Assembly (NCBI RefSeq): GCF_009914755.1
Contig: NC_060947.1
Source of the DNA: the human T2T-CHM13v2.0 reference genome, Homo sapiens
Direction: 5' to 3' (one strand)
Length of the DNA: 64,000 bases
The notes beneath the pieces were generated by a model. The model searched no databases. It was not told the origin of the DNA and worked only from the letters and a program-made list of their open reading frames with translations. Below are positions 11,675-24,416 of this stretch, in pieces. Numbering within the stretch: the first letter of the stretch is position 1; the number at the start of each line of letters is the position of its first letter. A program made the translations under genes and the position numbers.

Positions 11675-12723
11675 TTTTTTTTTTTTTTTGGTAGGAAAAA
11701 CAAAATTCCCAGTCCTCTTGACATGACAGTGGGATCTAGCAATCTACTTAGGTAGGTGTACAGAGAGAAGCTAGGATGTGCCAAGAAATGGAGGTATCCT
11801 AGACTGCCCCTACACAATTGGCACCAAGTCCTCACTTTTTTTTTTCTTTCTCTCATGCCTTTTGCAATGTTATCTCTTATTCCACCAGCATCTGTCCCCA
11901 GGCAGTTGGTTGATGCTGGAGCTAATTCCCATTGGTATGCAGATTTTCTAAGCACACAGCAGGCATCTCTCTTCTGGTGCCCCAGACATTACAGAATATC
12001 AAACTTCACATTGGAAGGTGCAGAAAAGGAAGGTGACCATGTCCTCGACAAGGCATGTACTTGATAAGTAGGTCATACTTTCTTTTTCTATATATATAGA
12101 GCTGTATGTAAACAGCATTGGGGTGTCTGTTTCTGCAGCTGGATTTCCAAAGGGTTTCCCCAGTCCTGTGCTCCAGGCCCTGTCTTTACTCTCTACTTCC
12201 TTCTCAAAGTGCCAACCGCAGCCTTTCAAGCCCTGGGTTTCCCCTCTGGAAAAAGGGAACCAGCATTCTCCAAGGACACAGGGTTTTTACCAACCTGTTT
12301 ATCACTCTGGCCTGCTGTCTGCGTAGGCCCCACAAAGAAGTCCCATGTTCCTGCAAGCTCTGGCTGCCAAGCAACCAGGCCGCCAGCGCCACCAGCTGTG
12401 GGGCCGCGTACAGCCAAGGCCAGTAGGTACGGTGCTCGCTGGGCGTGGGGCTGCCACGTGATGCACTGGTGCAGCTCCTTTCGGGGCTGTGGTGAGCTGC
12501 GCTGTGGCCGAGCGCAGCCCCAGGCGACCCGCGAGGCAGGCATACAAGGCCAGGGAGCTGTGGCCGCGGTGCAGGGGGCACGGGAGCATGACAGCTGGCC
12601 TCGCTCCCTCCCTGTGCTCCGGCAGCCCCTCGCCTCCTCTCTGGCCTCTGCGCCCACTGCGGCTTGCCGCCGGGGGCCTCCCCTGGACACCAAGTTTCTT
12701 CTTTTGTTGTGTGTTTGTTGTGC
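11675..12723 (-). pseudogene. Processed pseudogene of HRK (harakiri, BH3-only BCL2-family); former CDS 12589 to 12351, frameshifted, BH3 core deleted
   Basis: Minus strand reads [35 protein letters not shown] / ELHQCITW / [25 protein letters not shown] across three frames. Recalled HRK is [50 protein letters not shown]...[28 protein letters not shown]-like 5' and 3' UTRs are contiguous. Poly(A) appears as T15 at 11675-11689. Candidate TSD TGATG(C/G)CA at 11667-11674 and 12724-12731. Confidence 0.9.
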
Positions 12724-12999
12724 TGATGGCACTCACTATTTTGATTACTATAGTTTGTACTATGTTTTGAAGTCAAAAAGTGTGAGTCCTCCAACTTGGT
12801 TCTTTTTTTTCCTCAAAATTATTTTGTCTATTTGGGGTCCTTTGAGATTGCATATGAAATTTAGAATGAATTTTCTTATTTCCGCAAAAAACGTCATTGG
12901 ATTTTGATAGGGATTTCATTGAATCTATATATTTCTTAGGGTATTATGGATGTCTTAACCATATTAAGTCGTATAATCCATGAACATGAGATATCTGTT

Positions 13000-13398
13000 T
13001 GTTACCGGTGGAGGGTGTCCAGGTTCTTGGTGTCTTGAACAAAGAATTGGACAAAATGCACAAAGCAAGGAAAGAATGAAATAACAAAAGCAGAGATTTA
13101 TTGAAAATGAAAGTACACTCTACAGCGTGGGAGCAGCTGAAGCATAGGGGCTCAAGAGCCCCATAACAGATTTTTGGGGAAATACCCTCCAGAGGTTTCC
13201 ATTGGTTGCTTGGCATGTGCCCTATGTAAATGAAGAGGATGAAGTAAAGTTACAAAGTAATTTACTTGGTATACTCCCTGTATAAATGGGGAGGATATTT
13301 CCTGTCGTAGCTGAAGTGTTTCCATTTGATTTAGCTCTAGGAAGTCAGCGTGAATTAGCCTTATGTTCCCTGCCTCCAGACCCTATTCTCCTGCTTCA
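13000..13398 (-). mobile_element. 3' LTR (MER51-family)
   Basis: Minus strand TGAAGCAGGAGAATAGGGTCTGGAGGCAGGGAAC...CCACCGGTAACA; paralogous to 19298-19716. Confidence 0.88.
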
Positions 13399-14648
13399 TT
13401 TCCCACCTGAGAGATGTGATCCCATAAATCTTTATGGGTGGCGGAGGGACCAATGGTCCTTGTTCTGTAACTGCTTCATACTGGCTTGGGGCATAGTCCC
13501 TACCTATTGGGGATAATAGAACTCTCGCACTGCTCTGTCTAGTGGAGGCAGGGTAGTTCCTTGATGGCCAGGGGTAGTGTCTTCACCTGGAACTGGCTGG
13601 AACCCTCGTTGCATGATCATCTGAAGCTTGATGGTCTCTAGGCAACAGGAAATGAATTTGGTTAAAAGATTTAATGGGAACTTCAGGAAGTGGATACCTC
13701 TGCTGTCAGGAATGTTTATTATAGAGATTTGCAGGAGAAAAAACAAAACCTGGTCTGTTCTAGGATCTATGTGTTTGCTTAAAGTCTTACACAAGCAACT
13801 CCATTTTGGTTTGGTTTGTTCTGTTGGGGCCTAGTGCATGAGCTCAGTCCAAAACAATGGCCTTCCTTAATTTTGTTTAAAAATATTTCCCCTTTTTGCT
13901 TAGGTTCTCACTTAGGTGAGAGTGTGACCAAAACTTAGGGCCTTAGTGCCACCCTCAGTTACCATCATTTTGCGTTTCCACTCTCAGCACATTACGCATA
14001 GGTTATGGTGTCCTCATAGTAGCACATTTTTTTCAGCTCTTGTCATTCCAGTTGAAGAGAGACCATTTGACATTGCAGAGATGTCTCCATGCAAGCATTT
14101 AAAACCTTTGAGAGAATACAGTGCACCAGGGAGACTATTATTATGACTATTGGGAGAATCATACCAAGAGTTTGGAGTATGCTTCTTACCCGGGGTCCCC
14201 ATAAACCAAACCTCCTAAAATCAAATAGATCAAAGAATGAGCTAAAGAGTCTCCTCACTTAACTAAGCAGTCTCTTCATTAATCCGCTGCAACTGAATCT
14301 CTATAATACCCAATGTTTTCTCCATAGGCCATGAGTATCAGCAGCTGCACAGCTACTTCTTTGTTCAACCAATTCTATCATAACTTTCACAAGAGAATTT
14401 AAAGTTTATTGTGTAACTGTAGCCTGTACAGTAGAATTTGCTATAAGCCTATCATAAGGGATACATTTTTAATCATTGCTTCTTTTACTCCAAACCATGG
14501 AAAAAGTACCTAACGAATGATGCCCTTCTAGAAGGGTGAAGACCTCCTAGCAATGTTCTTTTTAACCTGTGATGTGGGTTAACAGGAGTGAACCAATGTT
14601 CTGTTTCTGACTGATTATGAGGCAGTGTTTGTACCATTAAAACTTCTT

Positions 14649-14957
<309 letters not shown>

Positions 14958-17817
14958 TTACCTACATTGGGAACATAATAAACATAATTATGATTGATAG
15001 CATATACTCAGACATATTAGAATTTTATAAATCCCATATAATTTTGGAACATATGTTAATATTATTCACTAAAATATAACCTGAAGATGATTAAACATTA
15101 TTTTTTTAATTTTGACAATGCTTCCCATGTAACTAAACATGTCAAAGAATAAAAGACAATTGTAAAGCTTAAATTTGATTTTGGGAAGCCTATTAAATAT
15201 TGTAAAGGTTTAAAAAATTTACACTCCCATGTCTTCTTATAATTTTCTACCAAAAACACATTTCACTTTTCTACACACCTTGCATGTAAAACTGTTTCTT
15301 CAGTAGTTTCAATTACATGTTATAATGTTAACTCTTAGTGGCTTTTACTTTTGGTGAAAACCTTGGTAAGTTCAGGATTTTAATTGTGTATTAGATGTGG
15401 AGCCTAGGACCCAGATAGGGTGCAGATAAGGTCTGACTCTGCAGCATCTAACTTCAAGTGTCTCAGGCATTACCTAGCTGTAAAGCAGGCAAGTTATACA
15501 GTTAAGAGTCATAGTGGCATTTTATGAAGCATTTAGGAGGCCTAATCACCTTTAAATTGTATAACACTTCTTGCATAAATTCTCCTTCATAAATTCTTTC
15601 ACAACTTAACACAGTCCATCTATGACATGATTGGACTTCTGACTTGTCCTAAACATCCCTCTTTTAAACAACCAGTTATTTTACTTTAGGACAAGAATTT
15701 ACCATACAAGTTCCTTTCTTATATATAATCTCTTTTCTTTATAACCTTCTTTGCATAGCTATGGGGCGTGGCTAATTTCACATGTCCCTAGGCCTTATCT
15801 AGAATCTAATGCTCCAAAATAAATTGAACAATTTTTAAACGTCAAAGAAGCAGTTTATGACCTTAAAGCATTTAGCATACCTAATATTCGACCTGCATAA
15901 TTTAGACCAAATGTTTACATTTTTGAAGATATTTTTATTTTACCAATAATCTTTAAAACTGTCTTTATTTCCCAAAGATTACTTAAGTCACATAAATTAA
16001 AAGGCATTGCACTTTTTACTTTTCTGACAAAATATTGGATTTAAGCTCTTATTATTATTAAACCAGTTAAAGTTCTTTTATATTATACACACAACGCATA
16101 TAAATACACAGAAGATAAAGGACTCATTCTCTAATCCAGGAATCGGACCCTAAACCCAGGCAGCCATTTTGAAAAGAGAAAGCATGGCCACATGGTTACA
16201 AAGTCAAGCTCCCAAGAACATGACTGACCAGCTTGCTGGGCCATGTTGAACAACAGCCCTATGGGGGGTCCTAGGCACACATTTTATCTTAAGGTACCCC
16301 TCTTTATGACAGAACAATACAGAAAGACACACAAAGCACACCAGATTCACAACAGCATAAGACCAACATCAGAGTTCTTTTTTATATTAATTAAAACTTT
16401 ACAGAGGAAATAAACAGTGACTTTTACCTTTCATTTAACCGGTTTGCAGAGAGGCCAGAGTCTGACTGCTAACAAATTCTTACCCTTTTGCTGGCATGTC
16501 AGATTTCTGTGTTCTCTCTCCCTGAGCAATCCTAGCAACTCTGCTTGACTTTATGCAAACAAACACATTGCCATGAATTAAGAATATTCACAAATAGTTT
16601 ACAAATTTTGGACAAATTAGGCAGAAAGCAAGAAATATGACTCAAATTCTATTTACAAAAGTATACTCAACACACTTAAAGTATCAGGAAGCGTAAACTC
16701 CAAAAAGTTAGTTTAAGGTGAAAAAGCTGATGTGCTCCATTAATTCCTGTAGCCAAACAAAGGTAGCCTAGGAATTCCCGGGAAATGTAACAAATGATGA
16801 CTTGCTAGAAACACATAGGAAACAAAGTAACTGTTCACAGAACCAAATAAAAGCCTTCCACTAGAAACTAAAAAAAAAAAAAAAAAAAAAAAGTGGTTTT
16901 ACGTATGCATACACAAGCAAAGCCAGAGAAGAATAAACAGCAAATGAATGAAAACTAGAAGCAAAAACAAACAGGAAATCAACCCTAAACCTTTTCTATT
17001 CAGTCTTCCCTGGAGTCTACAGTGTTACCCAGGGCCCCCTAAAAACCACATAATGAATATTTTATCCCTGATACACATTTTAATATCCTTAAATTCACCA
17101 CTGTCACCATACATCCTATGCAATAAAGAAATTCACTCTAGGCACATGACCAATAATTACTCCAGTGCCAGTACTATAAGCACAAAACAGTAAACATAGT
17201 GTGAAGCAATGCAACCATGTATGTGAAATTTGGCTCCATGCTACATTCAGGCTTAACTATATTAAAAAAAAAAAAAAAAGAATTGCCTAACTGCTGATGC
17301 ATTTCTTTACAATACTTCTTATTTTACTTTAATCAGGCCTAAGAGCTTTAACTATGAAAATGTTAATTAGCCAAATGTCTCCAGTTCTCTATCAGGTTTT
17401 AAAGAATATTTTATTATCTAAACTTTGTCCACAATCTTCTCTCCTACTTACTGGTTCCTTAATACATTGTTTAACCAACTTTCGGATAATTAGACAAAAT
17501 TATTCTTTTTCTCACTAATAACATAACCCTTTCTGGCACATTTTGTGTACAGAATTATGTGTTAATTAGAATTCTTATCCTTAGTAACCTAAAACTTTAG
17601 TGAAACCCTAAAAAGCAAGAAATCCTGAACCATAAGATATGGGCATTTATAGATAAGAACAATTCCACAATTTTGGAAACATATTTCCCCATATCACAAC
17701 CCTTTCTTAATTGGAAATGACCCAGATAGTAATTGAGCATCAAAAATAATTTACACAAAAAGTTACCTAAAACATTTACTCCATTAACTGTACTCAGTTC
17801 TTTCACTTTTAACAAAG

Positions 17818-18110
17818 CAGACATGAGACATCAATCAACATATGTAAAATGAACATTGGTTCAGTCTGGAAAGGCGGGACAAAGTGAGCAGGGGTCTTCC
17901 AGGTCACAGGTAGGTGAGAAACAAACGGTTGCATTCTTTTTCAGATTCTGATGAGCCTTTCGGAAGAAGGCAAACAGATATGCATTTATCTCAGTGAGCA
18001 GAAGGATAACTTTGAATAGAATGGAAGATAGGTTTGCCCTAAGCAGGTATCAGCTTGAATTTTCCCTTCAGCTTAGTGATTTTTGTGGCCCAAGATATTT
18101 TCCTTTCACA
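17818..18110 (-). mobile_element. MER4A-like LTR fragment inside the provirus internal region
   Basis: Minus strand begins TGTGAAAGGAAAATATCTTGGGCC, the MER4-type LTR start; 3' truncated. Confidence 0.7.
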
Positions 18111-19276
18111 AATTACTCTCATTAAAAAAAAAAAGGCACGCAAACCAAGATCATTTTGTTTTGGCTAGGTTTATAGTTTTATAACCTTCTATGCCAAACA
18201 CTTGATATATCCAATAGTTTGGAACCTTAGCCATGAGATAGCAATACAAGCTTGCCAATTTTACTTTGTTTGCCCCAATAGATAATCCGATGAAGGCTGT
18301 GAACCAGTTTCAGGTAAAGCAGTTTCCATGGCAGTGTGATTTTTAAAGGCCAAACCTCCCGACTCCAAAGAACACTAGGGCCAAACAGCACCAAAGGAGA
18401 GCATCACACATTAACCAGGCCCCCTGCTTAGAACAGCAGCACAAAAGCCTGGATACATGCAATACCATCCCACTTTCCCATTCAACAGTAAAATCCAGGT
18501 TCCAAACAATATTGGGGCCAAACAGTATTGCAACTGCAAGAGAAAATTCTAAGGATGGTTTAATACTAGACCTCAGAACCTCTGCTAAGGGTATCCCATT
18601 TGGAGTTGTTGAGGTCTGGAGGATCCCCCAGGGTATCCCCCTTTGAGGTCCAATCTTAGATTGTCAGACGTCTCTGACCTTAGGTGGGCACCAGTGCCAC
18701 TTGCATGTTTTCTTTCCAGAGGTGATGGCCTACTATGAGCTTTCCTTTTGTCCCTGGATGAAGGCCTCAACTTCTAGCAGCCTTTTAATTTATAAGGCCA
18801 CCTTTTCCCATGCTTCCTGTTCTTCGTTAGAGTGATAGCTATGAACTTTAATGATAGGAAACTAAAGGCTAGGTGGATTTCTTTTGTCCTTAGCCAGTCA
18901 AGTAGAAGGGAAGAATTTAGCATAAGAAAAGAAGGTTTCAGTCACCTGAAAAGCGTGTGAGTTTGCTCCAAGCTGCGCCACATGTAGAGATCAGGGACCA
19001 CAACCAGAAAAGATAGAGAAGAGTAAAGAAAGAGAGGGGGAAAAAAAGGAAAAAGACCCAGATCCTTTACCCAAACTGGGTGGTGGTGGTGGTTAGGCGC
19101 CTCCACATGGACGCCCCTTAGTTTCACCTGCCATGGCCGGAAACCTCCAGTTGCCTCCATGTTTAGCTGCTGCTCACCAAGGCTCCCACATTGGAAAGAA
19201 AAAGAGAAAGAGAGAGATTCCCCTGTATGAAGCAGAAAGGAAACGGAGAAAATTAAATTCCAAACTTCGGGCTTAC

Positions 19277-19294
19277 CTCCTGGCTGGCTTACCA
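19277..19294 (-). promoter_or_regulatory. Retroviral primer-binding site, tRNA-Arg type
   Basis: Plus strand CTCCTGGCTGGCTTACCA matches 16/18 with the recalled tRNA-Arg(ACG) 3' end CTCCTGGCTGGCTCGCCA; mismatches are at a CpG. Lies 3 nt from the LTR and is followed by splice donor AG|GTAAGC. Confidence 0.75.
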
Positions 19295-19297
19295 GTA

Positions 19298-19716
19298 TGT
19301 TACCGGTGGAGGGTGTCCAGGTTCTTGGCGTCTTGAACAAAGAACTGGACAAAATGCACAAACAAAGCAAGGAAAGAATGAAACAAAAAAAGCAGCAATT
19401 TATTGAAAATGAAAATGCACTCCACAGTATGGGAGTGGTCCCGAGCATAGGGACTGAAGAACCCTGTTTCAGAATTTTCTGGGTTTAATTACCCTCTAGA
19501 GGTTTCCATTGATTGCTTGGTATAAGCCCTATATGAATGAAGAGGATGAAGTAAAGTTAGAAAATAATTTACTTAGTGTACACCCTATGTAAATGGAGAG
19601 GATATTTCCTGTCATTTGATTTAGTTCCATTTGATATTTCCATTTGATTTAGTTCTCGGAAGTAAGGGTGAATTAGCCTTATATTCCCTGCCTCCAGACC
19701 TTATTCTCCTGCCTCA
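19298..19716 (-). mobile_element. 5' LTR (MER51-family)
   Basis: Minus strand TGAGGCAGGAGAATAAGGTCTGGAGGCAGGGAAT...CCACCGGTAACA, followed by the PBS. Confidence 0.88.
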
Positions 19717-20137
19717 TATCCATTTATTTGTGCCTTCTTTAATTTCTTTCAGTGATGTTTTCAGTGTAAAAGTCTTTAGCCTCCTTGGTTAGGTTTATTC
19801 CCAAATATTTTGTTCTTTCTGATACTATTGTAAAAGGAATTTTTTTCTTAATTTCCTTTTTGGATTGTTAATTGTTAGTTTGTAGAAATCAAACGCTTTT
19901 TGTGTGTTGATTTTGTGTTCTGCAACTTTGCTGACTTTGTTTATTAGTTCTAATAGTTTTTTAGTGGAATCTTTAAGGTTCTCTACATATAAGGTCATGT
20001 GATCTGCAAACAGATAATTTTACTTCTTCCTTTCCAATTTGGATGCATTTTATTTCTTGCTCTTACCTAATTGCTCTGGCTAGCATGTCCAACACTATGT
20101 TGAATAGAAGTAGTAAAAGCAGGCATTCATGTCTTGT

Positions 20138-21432
20138 CTAGAGCAATCAGTCAAGAGAAAAATATAAAGGACATCCAAATTGGAAAAGAAGAAGTAAAAT
20201 TATCCTTGCTTGCAGATTATATGATCTTACATTTGGAAAAAACTCAAAGACTCCACAAGAAAACTATTAGAACTGACTTTAAAAATTTAGTATGGTCACA
20301 GGATACAAAATCAACATACAAAAATTAGTAGCATTTCTATAAGTCAATAGTGAACAATGTGGAGAAAGTAATTTAAAAAAGTAATCCCATTTATAATAGA
20401 CACATAAAATGAAATGCCTAGGAATTAACTTAACCAATGAAGTAAAAGATATCTACAATGCAAACTATAAAACACTGATAAAGGAAATTGAAGAGGACAC
20501 CAGAAAATGGAAAAATATTCCATGTTCATGCATTGACTCAGCTATTGTTACAGGCACATATTCCTAAGTTAAGGTTTCAATCTTGTCTACTTATTTAGGT
20601 TCATCCGCAAGAACCTAAATACAGAAGTATGGAGTCCGTCTCAGGCCATATTTACTTTGCTTTAACAGTGGGAATGTAAATAAGTACAACCACTGTGGAG
20701 AACAGCTTGGAGGTTCCTCAAAAAAGTCAAAATAGAACTGCCGTATGATTCAGCAATCCTACTACTGGTTATGTATCCAAAGGAAATTAAATCAATATGT
20801 CGGAGAGATACCTGCTTTCCCATGTTTGTTGCAGCTGTGTTTACAATTGGCAAGATTTGGAAGCAACCTAAGTGTCCATCAACAGATAAATGGATTAAAA
20901 TATGGTACTTGTACACAATGGACCACTGTTCAGCCATAAAAAAGAATAAGATCCAGTCATTTGCAACAATATGGATGGAACTGGAGGACATTATGTTAGG
21001 TGAAATAAGCCAGGCATAGAAAGACAAGCATTGCGTGTTCTCACTTATTTGTGGGATCTAAAAATCAAAACTATTGAACTCATGGACAAAGAGAGTAGAA
21101 GGATGGTTACCAGAGGCTGTGAAGGGTAGTGGGGTGCTTGGGGAGAAGTGGGGATGGCTAATGGGTACAAAAAAAATGGAATAAATAAGACCTACTATTT
21201 CATAGCACAATAGGATGACTATAGTCAAGAATAACTTAATTGTACACTTTAAAATAACTTAAAAAGTGTAATTGGATTGTTTGCAACTCAAAGGATGAAT
21301 GCATGAGGGAATCAATACCCCATTCTCCATGATGTGCTTATTTCACACTGAATGCCTGTATCAAAACATCTCGTGTACCCCATAAATATGTACAGATACT
21401 ATTTACCCCCCAAATTTGAAAAGAAATTGTTT
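20138..21432 (+). mobile_element. L1MA-type element (ORF2 RT fragment 20138-20535; ORF2 end and 3' UTR 20667-21432) with an internal deletion
   Basis: ORFs [33 protein letters not shown] and [37 protein letters not shown] are L1 ORF2. Confidence 0.88.
20536..20666 (-). mobile_element. MER57-like LTR 5' fragment at the L1 deletion junction
   Basis: Minus strand TGTTAAAGCAAAGTAAATATGGCCTGAGACGGACTCC... Confidence 0.65.
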
Positions 21433-22124
21433 AAAATAACAATAAAGAGTATATTAAGTTATTGGGATAATACAGTTTTCTATCTCACTTAGCTATTATG
21501 AATACAGTCAAAGTCACAGGCCTAGTATATATAAAGATTTTCAGGGCACTATTCGTAGATTTTATCTCCAACTATGATATCTTTTCTAGATTCTGATAAG
21601 CAGTGTTTTGATCCAGGCCCCATCGAGATCTTAAGAGAGTTTGCCTCTGGGTCACCACTAGCTATCAGTCCTTCAGGAAGTCTTTTGACTCTTCTGAATC
21701 CCAGTTTCCTTATCTCTTAAGTGAAGAGGTTGGCCAGCTTGATCTCTAGGGGTTCACTGGCTTTGACATTCTTGCATCTGGTAATAGTGGCAAAAAATCT
21801 GAAATTGAATGTCAGACTGAGGATCAAGCAAAGAGAATATTGTCACTGAAAATGTTGAGTCAATTTTAAATATAGACAATAAACACCTTGTGCTGAGTAA
21901 GGATGGCTTTTGGATGATTTGTTTCAACTTTTCCCATTTGGATAACACCAGGAAATGAGTGTAATTCCTACAAAAATCATAGAAAGGTAATTGCAGGCAG
22001 ACATCTGTATAACTATATTTAATTATTCTAAATGGACAATATGAAACAAAAAAATGTATTTTTCAGCAGGGAGCCTCTAGAATCTGACTGAACAATCCAT
22101 AACAACGTCTGTAAATAATCCTAA

Positions 22125-22477
<353 letters not shown>

Positions 22478-22863
22478 ATCTGGCTTGGTTTTATTTTTAT
22501 TTGAGATTTCCATGCATCAATTTTCTCTGGTGATTATAAATGTCTTGATGTTGTACCCTTTCTGCTTAAAGCATGCAGGCAATGTCATGTTGAAGACTTC
22601 AATGCTGTGAAGATTTTTCCTCATTTTCAATCTTAAAATTTAAAACTCTTCTGCTCTTTAGAAATACAATCATACTAGACATGCTAAATAAATTTCAGTA
22701 TTCCAAATGCTGTTGGCTCCAATAGTGGAGGACTTTGCCTAGTGATGATGTAAGGGAAGAAAGAATACTTTTTCCTCTACCTTTTCTGAGTTAGTTGAGA
22801 CAGACCCCTGTAACAAAAGACAGATTAACAAGAGAAAAATAATTAGAAGTTTATTTGCATATA

Positions 22864-23650
22864 CAGGCATACCACAGGGATGTTGCAGGCTTAGTTCCAG
22901 ACTACCACAATAAAGTGAATATCCCAATAAAGTGAATATAGCAATAAAGCTGTCACACAAATTTTTTGGTTTTCCAGTGCATGTACAAGTGAAAGAGGAG
23001 AAAAGAAAAAACCAGGTCAGGCAGGCAGTTAGGGTGGGTCCTGAGTTTAATCCTTTTGACCAAAAGAACAGCTGGCACACACTGATAAGGGAACTTGCAC
23101 AAGGGGGCTTTCCTAAGATAGGCCCACAGCTGCACAGATAAGAAAGGCTACACAGGTGACTTGCCCAGACACAGCTGCAATAGAAAATTCTGTTCCCTGT
23201 CATGTGTGCAGTAAGGGAAAGAAAACAATATGAAGTAACTCAAGCTAAGGGCCAGCATGTACATTAGGAGGACAGGGCAGAGCTACAAGAAATTCATGGT
23301 TTATGCAAATGAGATGCCCAGCCCTCATTGGTTTCCTATAAAAACCTTTGTGTTCAACTGTAAAAATGGCAACCCACTTCCGGGCCCCCTCTCTGCAGCA
23401 GAGAGCTTTCTTTTTTTGCTTATTAAACTTTCACTCCAACCTCACCCTTTGCGTCCATGCTCCTTAATTCTCTTGGTTGTGAGACAAAGAACTTTGGGTA
23501 ATACCTCACAATAAGAGACTGCTACATTGTGGTGCATTGGCAAGATTGTAACACAAGTTTTATGTATACTATACTATAGTCTATTAAATGTGCAATAGCA
23601 TTATATGTACAAAGACAATGTGTATATCTTATCTTAAAAATACTTTATTG
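22864..23650 (-). mobile_element. Tigger1 end fragment, split by an LTR
   Basis: TA|CAGGCATACC...GTTCCAGACTACCACAATAAAGTGAATATC terminal sequence; resumes after 23557. Confidence 0.7.
22990..23553 (+). mobile_element. ERV1 solo LTR (MER61-like)
   Basis: TG...CA, 564 bp, 4-bp TSD CAAG. Internal CCTATAAAA and ATTAAA. Family name tentative. Confidence 0.75.
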
Positions 23651-23651
23651 T

Positions 23652-23928
23652 GAGAGAATGGAATCATGTCCTTTGCAGCAATATGGATGCAGCTGGAGGT
23701 CATTATCCTAAGCAAATTAACACAGGAACAGAAAACCAATTACCACATGATCTCATTTATTTAAGTGGAAGCTAAATTGAGTACAAATGGACACAAAGAA
23801 GGGAACAACAGACACTGGGGCCTACTTTAGTGTGCAGGGTGGGAGGAGGGTGAGGGTTGAATAATTACCTATCAGGTAATATGCTCACTATCTGGGTGAT
23901 GAAATAATTTATACACCAAACCCCACAA
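23652..23928 (+). mobile_element. L1 3' end fragment
   Basis: ATCATGTCCTTTGCAGCAATATGGATGCAGCTGGAGG... L1 ORF2 end and 3' UTR. Confidence 0.8.
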
Positions 23929-23998
23929 GTAAAAGTAAAGAAGTTAGATTATTTAAAAGCCTAGTGTATTAGTTTTCTATTGCTGCCAGATTACCACA

Positions 23999-24303
23999 GG
24001 CCAGGTGGGGTGGCTCACGCCTGTAATCCCAGCACTTTGGGAGGATGAGGTGGGTGGATCACTTGAGGTCAGGAATTCAAGACCAGCCGGGCCAACATGG
24101 TGAAACCCCGTGTCTACCAAAAAATACACAAATTAGCTAGGTGTGGTGGTGTGCACCCATAGACCCAGCTACTCAGGAGTCTGAGGTGGGAGAATCACTT
24201 GAACCTTAGAGGCGGAGGTTGCAGTGAGCTGAGATCATGCCACTGCACTCCAGCCTGGGCAACAGAGACCCTGTCTCAAAAACAAAACAAAGCAAAACAA
24301 AAA
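23999..24303 (+). mobile_element. AluS
   Basis: Dimer; TSD ATTACCACA. Confidence 0.9.
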
Positions 24304-24416
24304 TTACCACAAAAAGCAGCTTAAAATAGCACCCATTCATTATCTCACAGTTCTATAGGTCAGATGTCCAGGCATGCTTGGCTAGTTCTCTCCCTAGGGT
24401 TCCATAGAGCTGAAAT

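Noticed and set aside
12118-12907. Several overlapping 100-230-aa ORFs on both strands
   Set aside because: Products of the GC-rich HRK retrocopy. Only fragments in three minus frames match HRK, and the plus-strand ORFs resemble nothing I recognise.
19277-19294. tRNA-Arg-like sequence as a tRNA gene
   Set aside because: Only 18 nt, adjacent to an LTR; it is a primer-binding site.
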